A stretch of DNA of 64,000 nucleotides from Eledone cirrhosa (lineage: Eukaryota), in contig OZ024740.1 in assembly GCA_964016885.1 (NCBI GenBank), forward strand, positions 61,070,001 through 61,134,000, in the 5' to 3' direction. Positions 36,011-51,000 of this stretch are shown here, piece after piece. The position numbers and the translations under genes are program-made. The notes under the pieces are model-generated. The model was given only the letters and a program-made list of their open reading frames with translations. It did no database searches and was not told the origin of the DNA. The first letter of the stretch is position 1. The number at the start of each line of letters is the position of its first letter.

Positions 36011-39000
36011 CTGAAAACAAAATAAAAAGATGAAATAAATTATTGTTTTGTTTTTACTCTTACACGAAGCTACAAATTTATAGGTAGTGTGGGATGTAGA
36101 TAATTACTGTCTACTTCTAAGCACATGACTGGTACTTAATTTAGTCAACTCCAAAGCAATGATAAACAAGGCCAAGTCTGGTAGGATTTTAACTTAGAAT
36201 GTAAAGATGAGAAATATTTATAAAGATTGAAACTGAATTTGTGCATTTGGCTATCCAGAAGTTCTATGGCTATCCATCTAGTTCTATGTCACTTCCCCAC
36301 AATATTAATTTTTTTTTTTTTTTTTACAAAACTTTATTTGGTTATATTCCATAATTATATAAATTGTAAATAATTGAGCTCTCTAATATGATTGGTTATC
36401 ATTTTGTTGTAAATATGATTTTAAACAGATAATATGCACATGTATAAAGCAAATGATGTGCTTGTAACTGTCTAAAGTGTGTGACGTGAACAATCTGGTG
36501 TGTTGATTTTTGTGGATTATCAATGTATGCAGTGAGTACTTTGCCTGAGATGCTAGGAAGACACTTGGAAAGAAATGGAAACAAAACTGAAGGAAAAGGA
36601 AAAGAACACAAACAACAACAACAATTTCTTTCATTGGACACAAGAGCCCAAAATATTGGAGACAGTACAAAGACGAAATACAAAGGAAAATAAACATGGA
36701 AGTTATACGAAGTGAAAGAGATAAAAAATAACAATAAAGATACATTAATGGATACCAGTAGCAATAACAATATATAACAGCAAATCATCATCACCATCAA
36801 CGTTTAATGTCCATCTTCCACGCTAGCATGGGTTAGACGAGATTGTCGCACTTGAGGCAAGATTGGTCGGGTGACCGTGTCTCGCTCATATAGAACTGTA
36901 TCTGGCAGGTTTTCTACAGCTGGATGCCCTTCCTAATACCAACCACAAAATAACAAATCAACTTGAACCACATTCCTGACAATAACATCTGTTAATTCCT
37001 TTACCTGGCTTTCCACTGAATGTAATTAGGAGTCATGGAGTTAAAATGGTTGCTTTCTTAACTCTTGATATTCTGTACCACATGAAACAACATTAGCTAG
37101 ACATTCTTGAAAAGTACAAAACAGTTCTATGATGGAATCACATTAAAAAGTAAAGTCTTTACTTGAGTTTATTGCTAGTTTCCACAAGGAAGGATATTAG
37201 AAATATTTAAATTAACAAACCATTACAGGATGTTAAGGGCTAATGTCAGTATACATAGCAAGTGAGAAGTGTCAACCAACTAAATACTTCAATAATAAGT
37301 TAATCATTACCTCGTTATCATTAAATTCACAATACTTGAAATTATGCTTTGAATTGATATTCCTGATACAGCCATATGTGTTGTTCCATGCATCTTCACA
37401 AACACAGTTGACATCGCAGTTCTGAAAAATAAATTACAAAACAATATAGCTAAAAAAGAAAAAAATTAGGGTTGTGGACTTGGGAAGTATATAGGGAACT
37501 ACTAAACAGGCTTTACCAATGAGTGAACATCTGCATAGGCTCTCAAACTGATAGAAATAGCACCCTAGAAATAGCACCTGCTATACTATCTTAGAAAAGG
37601 AAATATTGGATAATGTAGTCCAACTTACCCCTAAAATGACAGGATAGTCATGGCTCAATCACAGCTGGTCTGGGGCCTGTTAGAAATAGCTGTCAAATCA
37701 TCCTCAAATCACACCCTACAACATTAATCCTTTTTATACCAAACTGCCTGAAACTATCCTTGATTCTATGATACAAAACTATTTTAAAATGTTTATCATC
37801 ATCATCATCGTATAATATCCATTTTCCACACTAGCATGGGTTATCATCATCATCGTTTAATGTCCATCTTTCACGTTAACATGAGTAGGATGGCTAGTTT
37901 ATATTTATCTAAAAACTTTCCATCATAATTTTATGTAAGAAAATTTTCTTATGTTTTGTTTCACACACCAGCTTAAAAATGAGAAAGTTAACTATATTAC
38001 TAAATCCCTTGAAATTCTTGATTATTTTTCAAGATCGGACATTGGTGGCCTGTCAGAGGAAGTAGTGCCGTGGGGAGGGGTGGCTGTTGCAGCGTGTGTT
38101 GCTGCCCATTGTCCACAGGAATGCTTTTGCGGTCTTGTCTGTGGGGTGCAGCTCCTTTACTGCCACACCCTAGGCCCAGAGCCCCCCCCCCCCATTCTTC
38201 TGTGACACTAGTGCTATTCCCTCGCTTTTCAGTTTTTTTGTGTTTTTCTCTTTATATTTTCCTATTTTACATTCCATTCTTCTCAATCTAAATTTTCTTT
38301 TTTTATTAAACAGGTAAGGACGCTAAAACACCTTAGAAAAATGACCAAGAAGCAGCCAGCAATTTGCTTTGGGATATTTAAATTATCACTTCTATATTTA
38401 AGATGGTATACACAATTTCTACAATGTGATAGAAATTGCAAATAGTTTAGTTGATACCACATGCTTAGTTGATGTTTCAAATTTTGTTACCAGAACCACA
38501 AAGTATACATGTCTAATTTCACAAATGTTCCAGTGAAATAACTGCAAATAGGTTGCATGGGTAGGTAAAACTCAATATTGTAAACACCAGGAGTATTGTG
38601 AAATTAGTAAGTGTTTAGTTAGCCTGTAGTGTGATGGGAAGCCACTCCAATGCTTAGACTGACAAATTTTCCAATCATCTCATGAATGCCATGCTACCGA
38701 ATCTGGATCTTTTGCTTACAGACTTCTAATGGTGGTTAGAGCGTAACAGCCTAGCACATGTGAAATTCGTCCCATCATTATTGGCTCTAGAGAAACTATC
38801 AAATATAAGGAAATATCTGGTACTTACTGACATCCCTTGGTTCTTGTATTGAGGACAGTCTTTTACTTCTTCACGGAACTCTCCTCTGTGCTCAATCAAA
38901 AAATTGTTCCGAAATGTGGGTTCTGTTTTATTGATTAACAATGGCAGTAAAGATTTCCCATCAAATTTTCCAGGCTCTTTGATCCCCGCCAATGATAAGA

Positions 39001-42000
39001 ATGTTGGAGCAAAATCAATATTCAACACAAGTTCCTGGTTTAAAGAAAAAAAAAAAAGAAATAAAACCAAAGTGAAAATACTTATTTGAGCTCTCATGTT
39101 ATTTTACTAAAGAAAGGAGGCACATGTCTTAGTGGTTAGAGCATTGGCCTTGCAATCGAAAGGTTGTGAGTTCAATTCTCAGACCGGGTGATGTGTTGTT
39201 TCCTTGAGCAAGACACTTTATTTCACATTGCTCCAGTTTACTCAGCTGTAGAAATGAGATGAGAGGATTGGAGGTGCCACGAAAAAAAAAAAAAAAGCAC
39301 CCAGCACTCACTGTAAATGAGGTTGGTGTTAGGAAGTGCAACCAGCTGTAGAAATCAAGCCAGAATCAGTTCCCGTCCCACTCTTGCAAGCAGGGAAAAG
39401 CGGACATAAAATGATGATGATGAAACAATAAATCATCTGAAAAATGAATAAAACTTTTCAGTTGGAGAAACAAATATAAATTGCATTTGTTTGCCTTCCA
39501 CATGTTTGAGATATCTTTGTGAGATTTTGGTGTCAATAACTTAACCAATCTCTCAGCCACTACACTATATCTCACCTATTATATAATTAACTATTAAATT
39601 AACTTTACACTAAAAAAAAAAAAAAAAAAATTATAAATAGGATAAGAGAGTATTGATTATAAATAGTCGTGAAAGTTCAGGTTTACAGGAAAAATAGTGA
39701 AAAGGAATTTGTGGATTTCCAAAGGAAAAAAAATATACAAACTAGAAAATGATCTCTTAAATAGATATAAAAATTTAGGCATAGAACTCAATATTACACA
39801 GTAAGTAGAACATCTTCAAAACACAGTAGGTTTGCACTTTTTAAACAGGATTGATTGATTACCTTGAAGTGTTTCTAATAACTAAAGTTAGTGAATTTGC
39901 ATTATCAAGTAGTGTGTGTTGACCAAACTAACAATAACAAAAAAATCACGGAAAAGGTAGCAGTGTAGTGGAGTTTTATGCCTAAATTATACTTACATCA
40001 CGGGTTTGATTTGGCTTTATACCAGGACCCCTGACCAAAAATGGGACTCTGTTGTCAAAATCATACAATTGCCTTTTGTCATATGGAAGAGAGAACTGAC
40101 CTGAAATGGATAAGAGAAAGTTATGTTAATGTATCAAATTACATACTTCATATAAATACATCTTGATTACAAACATCATATATGCTAGAAGACTCGGTCT
40201 CATAGGTCACATATGGTGAAGAGATCAGGTAGAGGCATTACAATAGTTACTGCTATGGGAAACCACACATGGTAGAAGAACAAGAGGTCAGCCTCATGCT
40301 ATTTTATGGGTGTGTAAAGATATGAATCATAGAAAGAATGAACTCGCAGAAGCCATGCTGGATAGAGACAAATGGAGAGGTATAATTATCAATGCTGTCT
40401 GAGGAATCTCAACATGATGATGATGATATAATACTTTCATAAACATTCACAATATACATAGAAGACATAGTAAAGAAAAGAAATCTATGCACAAACATAG
40501 AGCAATCACAAGTACCACATTGGGCTATCAGAATGAATTTACAATGATCTACAAATAGGAACCATGCCACTCCTATAAAACTACACACTATTCAACAGTA
40601 CCCTTTTGTTACCAAACAGTCAGAAACCACTCATGTTTATTTTGAAGTGTTTATATTTATCTATAGCCCTTTCATCATAATTTTATATAAGAGCCTTTGT
40701 TAAGTTATTCTAAACAGTAGTTTAAAAAAAAAAATTAAAAGTTTGGTTATATTACAGAATACCTCCAAATTCTTCTTCTTTGCCTACTAATTCCTTGGAG
40801 GGTCATGGGGGCAGAGTCCTCAAGCATGCCTTCCAGCATGTCTTGTCAGAAGCAACTGTCTCCAATTGATCCACCTGTATTTCAAATGAGACCAAATGTG
40901 CTCATGGATGTTATCCAACCATCTTGCTCAGGATCTACTCCTGAATCTTCTGCTGGTTGGTTTTGCATGTAAAATCTGTCCAGTAATTCTTTCCTGAGAC
41001 ATTCTAACTCCATGTTGATAGTATCAGAGCTGTGCTCTCTCAATTCGGAGAAATAGTGGCTCTACCTGAAGCGACTCCTTGATCTCCGAGCTAGGCACAC
41101 CAAATTCTTGATTTTCAAAAGGATTCGAAAATTATAGGCAGTATCTTTCATAAAATATATGGTAACAAAAGGGTTAATAGGTGGCAACACATTACATCAC
41201 TTACCTAAGTGGTAGCCATTATCTGATGTAAAGAATATGTATGTATTGTTGAGGAGTTCAGTTGAAATCAGCTGTTTGACAATATTATCAACAAGATCAT
41301 CAACAGACAGGAGTGTTCTCAATCTAAAAAAAACCCATAAATTTTTGTCATAAATAAATAAAGGCAATATAAGGATATATAATGGCTGTGAGATCAATGT
41401 ACTGAATTAGTGACTAGTTCAAACTATACAACTATTTTATGTTTATAAACATATAGTCTAGCATCTTTGACATGAATGGTATTTTACTGAATATAATCTA
41501 TTGTCTCTCTGATACTTTCAAATGACAACATGTGTAGAATATGTGCAAGGATCAGAGGAAGAAAGAAAAATTAATTGATTTCAGTTATTAATAAATAATG
41601 GAGGCACATGGCTTAGTGGTTAGAGCATTGGCCTTGCAATCGAAAGGTTGTGAGTTCAATTCTCAGACCGGGTGATGTGTTATTTCCCTGAGCAAGACAC
41701 TTTATTTCACATTGCTCCAGTTTACTCAGCTGTAGAAATGAGATGATAGGGACTGGGGTCCATATCATTCCACTGCAAAGTGGTTGTGGAGGTGCCACGG
41801 CAAAAAAGCACCCAGCACTGATTGTAAATGAAGTTGGTGTTAGGAAGGGCATCCAACTGTAGAAATCAAGTCAGAATTAGTTCCCGTCCCACCCTTGCAA
41901 GCAGGGAAAAAGCGGACGTAAATTGAAATAAAATGAAATTAATGTGGTCGTGTAGGTGTTATGACAAAAAGCACCCACTCCACACTGTGAATGTGGTTGG

Positions 42001-45000
42001 CATTAGGAAGGGCATCCAGCTGTAGAAATATAGCTAGAAGCACTTCTATATGAGCAAGACATGGTCACCTGACCCAACTTGCCTCAAATGGGACAACCCA
42101 TGCTAGCATGGAAAGTGGATGTTAAACGATGATGATGATGAAGGACAATAGGGCAGTAACTCAAGTAGACATATCAGCTTTGTTTTTGGCTGGTTGTTAC
42201 TGAACTGAATACAAGTGCTAACCAACCTCTCTAGCACTTTCATATTGAACTCTGTAACATCCACCTTTTCATGGAAATGGAAAGTATGCTCCGATATTTT
42301 GCTCAACACATGTAGTAAGGTGATTGGCACTAGGAAGGGCATCCAGCCATAGAAACCATGAACATATAAACAAAATGACGTCTGTCTGACCTGTCTAACC
42401 ACAGATCATGACAACCTGTCTGATCTATGCCACCATGGAAGGTGGACATAAATGATGATTATGATAATAATCACACACTAGGATCTGAAGTTGGGTTATC
42501 AAACCAGAAGACATTGTAATAATCTAAATTTGATGGTATTTGAACTTGGTATCAAAGTGTGAAACATTGTAAAATACCCAACCTAGCTTCTTATTCTTGA
42601 CACCAAATGCATGGGTGGGAGAAACAGACTATAACATCCATGAAAGGTTAAGTAAAGAATTGTACATACCGTTGTCTGAATATGTTATCAATTGTTTCAA
42701 TTGTACTGTTTGACATTGGAGAAATTGCTTGCCGGATTAACCAGTGTTTGTCCTGAAATGACATCAAAACATTCTTAATAAAAATCTACACTGAAAAGCT
42801 ACTTTATTACAACTGTTTAGAAAGTAAAAAAAAAATGTTTGCTTTAGTTGACTTATGATGGATGCCATCAACTGAATAGTTAAGAGAAACCTTAAAGTCT
42901 CACTTTGCCAGATGTCATACTTCAGCCTAGTCCCAGATCACATAGAACATTCTATTGTGAAAAGTACTGGCAGGTTAGCATAGCAATCATGGTATATTGC
43001 AGCCTAAGCTGTTTGGATATGTTTAAAGATTTTGATAGTGTCCATAGCAAAACATCAACAGTAGACATTGTCCATGTATAGTAGTTGAGCCTATTGAGGT
43101 TTTAATTATCTTCAAATTCTAGAAGCAATTGTGTTTGTCTAGCTAGATAGGAGAAACTGTAGGTATGTATGTTTAGGAGTGATGCATAAATACCAATAAC
43201 ACACCAAAACACAAATACGACACGTCTCCATCCCACAAAATAGAGGGACAAGGTTAGATGGAAGCTAACAAGTAGATGAATAAAAAAATTAATTAAAATT
43301 TTCCACACTATTAGCATTACCATTTATTTTAGGAGCCCTATTCACACACACTTTTCCTTAGGCTGAATTTGAACCTAGCACCTTATTTCCAATGTAACCA
43401 CAAGCACTAGCCTATAGAAGAATTTTAAAATCAAAGTTGAAATATATAAAATTATTTGTGAACAAAGACAACCCAATCCAGCCCTCTTGTTTCACCCATA
43501 AAACTCCACAAACATTTTACTCAAACCTTTAGACCTTGATTGGGTTGGATTTCCATAAGTTTCAACAATTCATTTTCACAACTGGACCAGTCATTGGTTG
43601 TAAGTGCTGCAAATACCTCAGGTACTGCTTTTCATAGTGTCAAAAATAATTAATGGCAGCCATATTGTGCTACAGTCAGTGCTTGAATTACTCGTAAGAT
43701 TTAAAGCTGGAACTATATTTATTGCTTCTTATTTCTACCCAATACAGATTTAAAGTTGTCACTATATTTACTGCTTCTTACTTCTAACCATTACAGGTTT
43801 TGCTCATGTTGCTGCTCACAAAAAAAAAACAATCTTAATCCTGGTTAGACTTAATCCAGCAACATTAATCCCTTAATACTTACAGTGGAATGTTTATTGA
43901 AAGCTTTATCTCTTGGAGCCTTGAGGTTGCTGAAGTTTTTACTGTATTGAGGTGCTGGGGTAAAAGGACTGTGTGAAGCAGGTGTTGACAGCATCATAAA
44001 AAAAGGGTTACCTTTGTGTTCACTGATAAATTTTACAGCTCGTCTGTTCTAAAACAGAATAAAATCTCAAATTAACATCCTAAGAAGACAAATGAGCCAG
44101 ATGGTTAGATATATAATAAACAGGGAATAAAGTGTAAGGAGTTTCTGAAAATTATATAAACATATATATGTGTTTTAATATATACATACATGTATGTATG
44201 TATATGTGTGAGCATAATAATGTGTGTGAGTGTGGATAATACATATGTACATATAGGTGTGCACACACATACACAAAAGCTCAATGTCTGTTTAGGTTAA
44301 AAAAAAAAAAAAAAAAAAAAATCAAAAAAAAAAAAATCAATTGTGAAGAAACTTAACATTAAGTCAAATAATGAAGCAAAATTTTAAATTTCAAATATTA
44401 AAAATCATAGATAATTTTAAGATTTGTTAATATAAAAGCTATTTTAACAAATGTGGAACCTATTAGTAAAATACACGAGCATGCCTGGGTGCATTAATGT
44501 GAATAATTAAAGATATTTGACATTTTTCATGTGGTCTAAAGATGACCAATCTTTTAATTAAGGATCAGCTATGGGAGAAATTGTGAAATTTCACACCTAA
44601 AAGTGAAAGTATTTTTAACCTAACAGCTTATAACACCTTTTTCAAGACAAAAAAAAAGAGGCAATAATTGTTAAGGAATTTTAAATTAAGTTGGATGATA
44701 TGAGGCAAAACTGTTTAATAGCAATAAACAGAAATTTTACATTAAAAAATAACTGGAAATTATCTATTTTAACCCTTTAGCATTTAAACCGGCTGTATCC
44801 AGCCAGAATTCTCTCAAATAATATCAAAATCTCATAGATTCTATATAATGTGAGATAAAGCCTTTACCACAAAAATACAATAGTAAATATAGAGTAATGT
44901 AAATGCTAAAGGGTTAACAAATATAGAACCTCTTTGTTTTTCATAAAATATTTAATGGAGAATATAGTAATATAGATTTAGTTAATTAATTTGCTTCATA

Positions 45001-48000
45001 AGCAATAAAATGTGAAAGGCCATGACATTATATAAAAATAATAGAGCAGTATCTAATAAAAACAAAACACCCAAACAGGAAAGGAAGAAGAAAAAGAAAG
45101 AAGGATCAAGAAACAAAAGAAAGGGAGATGGAGAGGGACAGTCAGTACACCTCAATCTGAAAGGTGGTTCAGCTCCACTCCACAGACAAAATGGCAAAAG
45201 CATTACTGCAGAGAATGGCCAGAGAAAATTATACAAATGTAAAAAATCTGCTGGTTGGTTCTAAATACACAACAGCTAGTATATATTAATGTGATACTCA
45301 CTATGATATCAGTAAGGTAGTCAACACTGTAGTTACTGCCATGTTTTTCCAGTTTTCCATCAGTAGACAAACTATAATTGTAGTATTTAGAATTGCCCAC
45401 CTAAATAATGAAGAAAAAAAAAATGATCTGTACAGTTTTCAGAGAATATAATACATATCCACAACACCATCATTTATTAAATATTCATTCATCAGCATCT
45501 CTTCAGCCATGTGCCAGCCAGCCAAAGCTGCCTTAAATCTAGGAAAAGTTTCTTAAAGAGCGTCATGCCCCTTGGAACATCAAGCATAAGTAGTGAAAGA
45601 GTCACTCACTGGGAAGAAAAACTTAACCTCCCATCAGGAACAACAATGAAGCTATAGGAAAGCGAGGCACTGTCCCCTGGAGCAGATACAAACTATGCAG
45701 TGTGGAAATGCCTAAACAGACTGAGATCTGGTGTCAGATGTCTAAAAGTCACTCTTACAAAATGGGGATATTTAAAGGATAGAGACATTGTGTGTGACTG
45801 TGGCATCGAACCACAGATAACGCAGCACCTCCTGATATGGCCCCTGCTGGAACACCCATGCCGGCATTGAACTTGGCAGAGTTTAATGAAAAAGGACAGC
45901 AAGCTTTGTAACTGACACTCTTGTGGACACAAGAAGAAGCACTATTTAATGTCCATTTTACACACTAACATGTGCTAGATGTTTATTATATATGGTTGAT
46001 AATTTTAATTTTGTATATTAACTTTTCGTTTTGATTGTATATTTTTGTGTATTATATTTACACGGTTCCTAGCAAATATTAATTGATTATATATATATAT
46101 ATATATACTTCTATCTGATATAAAAGTAATAAAAATGTTTTATGGAGTTAGTATATGAAACTAAAATCACCTTTACTATAACTGCCATCACATTCATAAT
46201 AACTATCAAAACTGACTATAATACCACTATAGTAACCTTGATTAAAATTACCACCACCACTTCAATTTTGTATCTGTCTGTGTGTTTTTTAATCATTCCC
46301 AGAGCACCTATTATTATGGAGATTGTTTCTGTTTTCATAATCCACATCTTTATATTTGGATACTTTTGTACAGCCACCGGAAATAACATCTGTGAAATAT
46401 ACAGCGCCATCTACCTGTTAGCTAGCTACCTCAACGTAAAACAAAAGAACCCTTAAAACCTACCCAGAATAAACGCCTACACAGCGGCTAAACATCAAAC
46501 GATTATTTCTGTATAAATAGAGTGGTTCCAAACACTTCAGCAGTCGACTTTTGGCAGAGTGAGCTAGCGCATCGTTGTTCCTTGCCTCTGCCACGCTTTG
46601 TCACTCACACACGCCTTGTACCTCGTATCGTCGCTTCATGTGAAAATAAATAGCTGATCGAATTTACATCTCGCCTTGCTTCGTCCTTTCAACTTGTGCT
46701 TTCGTCTGTCCATCCTCAACAGTTCTTTTAAGGGCTATATGCGACAACAGTCCTTTTAAGGGCTATCTTCAGATCTGATCAGACCGTATGCGATAACAGT
46801 CCTTCTAAGGGCTATTCTCGGATCTGATCAGAAGTAGTGACCAGACTGACTAACCATGTCGCTACGCTTTTTCCATTTCCTTGATAGATGTATTGTCATC
46901 TGTGAAGATAAATACTTCAATTAGAAGTCTTTTTTTCCTCATGGTCTGTGACTATAATATTGGCTTTGATATCTCTCTCTGTGCATATTGGCATATCACA
47001 GAGTACGGTTCGTTTATCACTGGTGTGTGTTTGTTATTATTATTATTATTATTATCATCATTGTCATCATTTATGCTAGAAACAAATATTATTATCATCA
47101 TAATCAAAGATATGCTAATGAAACAATGCCATGATGAAATCATGTTAGATTTATGAAATAGTCAATAAAATGTAATTTGTTAGCCTGTCATACCAAGCCA
47201 TTCCATGAGGTCCATCCAGGTGGGACATACTTTACACCACCAGCATTCTTCTTGCCATACTGCAATGGAAAAAAAAAAAAAAAAATCAACAAATTATACA
47301 TCAACAACAATTCCAAAAAATTTTGAAGATAAGGAAATATCAGTCAAAGATATAAATATAAAATCAACTACACATCTGAGTGGCTTGATACAGGAAAAAA
47401 CATTATCTACAAAGGTCCAAGTTTAAAGCATCATATCTATCCTGTAGAAATGTTTCATATAGCATACTTCTTTCACAGTAATGTAATTAGTTGAAGACTA
47501 TCGATAGTAGTTGAGAAAATTTGGGTAAATTCTACTTAAAAATGGACACAAGCCATCTTTAAGAGTAATTTACCCATCCAACAATTCACAAATGTATATA
47601 AGGAAAAAAAAAAAAAAGTAAAATGCCAGCAACACATCCATGTAACATGCAACAATGCACTAGTGTAGCAAGTCAACAATGCAGCACATAAGCAATGCAA
47701 CAGTGTAACATTCCAGCAATGCACAAGTGTAAAATGCTAGCAATGATTCACCAAACTCACCACCTTCTAATATGACAACTAAACACTAGAAATATTTCCA
47801 TCCAGGAGAAACATTTCATTAAAGAGAATTTCTTACAAAGGCACAAGGCAAGACAATTTAGTGTATGTGTGGGTGAGGGTACTTTATTAAATTGGTCCAG
47901 TGCTTGAATAGTACTTTATTTTATCAATCCTAGGAGGATGAATAGCAAAGTTGACTCAGTAGAATTAGAACTCAGGATGTAAAGATGCAGAATACAAGCT

Positions 48001-51000
48001 CTGACATTATGGATTCTGCTAATCCACCACTCTATTAACTGGCACTCCGTCGGTTACAACGACGAATGTTCCAATCGATCCGATCAATGAAACAGCCTGC
48101 TTGTGAAATTAACGTGCAAGTGGCTGAGCATTCCACAGGCACGCATACCCTTAAGATTCATCCCTGGGAGATTCAGCGTGACACCGAATGTGACAAGGCT
48201 GGCCCCTCGAATTAGGGTACAACTTATTTTTGCCAGCTGAGTGGACTGGAGTAACATGAAATAAAGTGTCTTGCTCAAGGACACAACACGCCGCCAGGAA
48301 TTGAACACATAACCTTACAGATGTGAGCCGAATACCCTAACCACAAAGCCACATGCCTTCACCACTCTATATTTTATTAATAACAATATCTACCCTCTGT
48401 CAACAACTTCAAAAATAATGAAAGATTACATACATACATTAAATAACTCGAAGTGTATATATATATCACCTCACATATTCAGAAAACATGACACTATGTT
48501 AGAATCATGACTATTTGATATTTAATACTACAACTAATAATGTTTTCTAGCCTTAGCCGGAGGGTTTAATAAATTATTGGTCATTAGAATAGCTCTGTGC
48601 TCTAAGTTCAAAACCCACCGAGTTCAACTTTGCCTTACATCCTTTCCGGTTGATGAAAAATGTACCAGTCTAGTACTGGAGTTGATTCTTCTGCTGTATC
48701 TCTTTCTTACTTCTCTATCACCCTCTCTTTCTCTGGACAAAACTGACTGTGCTCAGACTCAGAGAGGGGATGAGCTCCATCAGGTTTTAAAATGCTCAAG
48801 ACATGCTGTATGTCACTACAGCACCCCTACAACTCCATCTGGAGTTATGGGGCTATACATCAATTATATCAACTCTCCAAATATTCTACTTAACCCTTTA
48901 GCATTTACATTACTCTATATTTACTATTATATTTTCATGGTAACGGTTTTACCTCACATAATATTGAATCTATGAGATTGATATTATTTATTTTGAGAAT
49001 AATACCGTAACATCAGTAGGAGTGGCTGGTTACGGCCAGATGTGAGAAAATTCTGGCTGGATACGGCCAGTTTAAATGCTAAAGGGTGAATCAAGCCCAG
49101 AGCACAAAAGGTACAGTTGACTTTCAACAGAATTTGAACTCGCAACATGAAAGGGTGCAACTAAATACTGAAAATTGTTGAATAACAATGGGATAGTAGG
49201 CAGACTAACAGAAAAGGTAAATTTTGTATGTGGCAGATGTAGAGGGATTTGAACTCAGAACAAATACCTTCTGGCACTTTGTCCAATGCTCCAAAGATTC
49301 TGCCAATCCAACCAACCTAACAATAATAGCAACACTACAACAACAATAACAGTAGCAACAACAATAACAACAGTAAAAACAATAATAAACCAATTACAAA
49401 AAATATTATATCAACATATGCTATCAACCTGAACCAGTGTTCTACATAACCAGATTACAGAGATTGATTTCAATATCCAGAACACCTCAATGTACACACA
49501 AAACAATGAATTCAACAGGTGAGCAAATATATAAACTTTGTAAAACTAGTGTATTGCTGTAGTAACAATAACCAACAAGATGACATGTTTATATATAGAA
49601 GGTATATATATCATCATCATCAACCTTGTAGCCTCTGATAAAGCTAGGCGTGAAAGTCGGATTGCTTTCCGAACACGTCCTGGTCTTCCACCTGATGTCC
49701 GCCCAAAGTTGCGTGCTGCAGCTTCCCTAAACCGCAGCTCGGCAGAACATGAAAGCTTCAGCCTACGAGATGATGGGCAGATATGGAGGTTTGTTAAGGC
49801 TGGCGAATCATGGAAAAGAGACACCAGCTGGTCTGAAAACAGTGTACCCACAACAACTGACAATAAAGAAACTGAAAAAACTCTGGGAAACTAAATCAGA
49901 ACAACCTGCCATCCCCTGCACATAATCATAGACTGGAATCAAAGTACAAACTGTTGTCCTTGAATGCACGTAGTCTATGCAATAAGATTCATCTTTTTGA
50001 CTCCTACGTCAAAAGTATCAACCCGGACTTCATTACAGTCACGGAAACTTGGGCACATCCCTTACTCTGTGATGGGGTTTTCAGCATGACTGGCTACAAC
50101 CTGTTTCGTAAAGACCGTATTAATCGTCGTGGTGGTGGTGTAATGGTCTACGTTCGGTCAAATCTGTCGGCAATTCCTTGTGCTGATTTGAACCAATCAC
50201 AGCAGGAAGTTTTTTTCTGCGATATACGTATGACCATGTCAACACTGCTACTTGGAGTCGTTTACCGTCCCCCAAATTACCATCAGGACACTCAACTTTG
50301 TGATATCCTCAGAGCTGCTGCCAGGAAGACAGCCACTTATGTTTTCATTGCAGGTGACTTCAATCACCCTGAGATTGACTGGGAGACCTTTCGTTGGCTG
50401 CCAAGTGCAAATGACTTCCTTGAGCTGGTGCTGGACTCGAGTTGGTCCCAGGTGGTCACCTCCCCAACGAGAGGTGACAACACTTTGGACCTACTCTTCA
50501 CCACTACTCCTGAAACGGTCATTAGTGTTACTGCTGAGGAACCTTTAGGTGACTCTGATCATGCTATGATCATTGCCAATCTATCCCTCATGGGCAGTAA
50601 CAAGAACCACAACCATCTCCAAACTGCTCACTTTGACTGGAATAGAGCAGACTGGAACTGTTACTGCACCGAGTTGCAACGGCCAAACTGGCTTGAGTTC
50701 TATGACTCTGGAGATGTCAACACTGTACTCCAGAACATCCTGAGCTCAATATGGACAGCATGTGCAGCATCGGTGCCACGTAAGCGGAAAAAACATCCTA
50801 AAAGCGCAATTTGGGAGACTGCAGCAGTCCGTCTTGCCAGAAAAGAACGGCGCAATGCTGAACGTGAGTACAAACTTCATAAATCAGACATTAATAGGAA
50901 GAGGCGAAATAGATCGTCCAACCACCTCAAACAGGTGACAAAAAAGGCAGTGCTTCAATTTGAGCAGCGCATAGCAACCAGCCCTGACAGTAAGGTGTTC

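Noticed and set aside
43699-43797. 2 x 49-bp tandem duplication in a GNS intron (a similar ~70-bp direct repeat lies at 21032/21173)
   Set aside because: Ordinary local duplications with no sign of function.
47755-47830. VSPGWKYF followed by a GTGAGT donor, resembling a duplicate of the VPPGW exon
   Set aside because: In-frame stop immediately follows, there is no good acceptor, and only three residues match.
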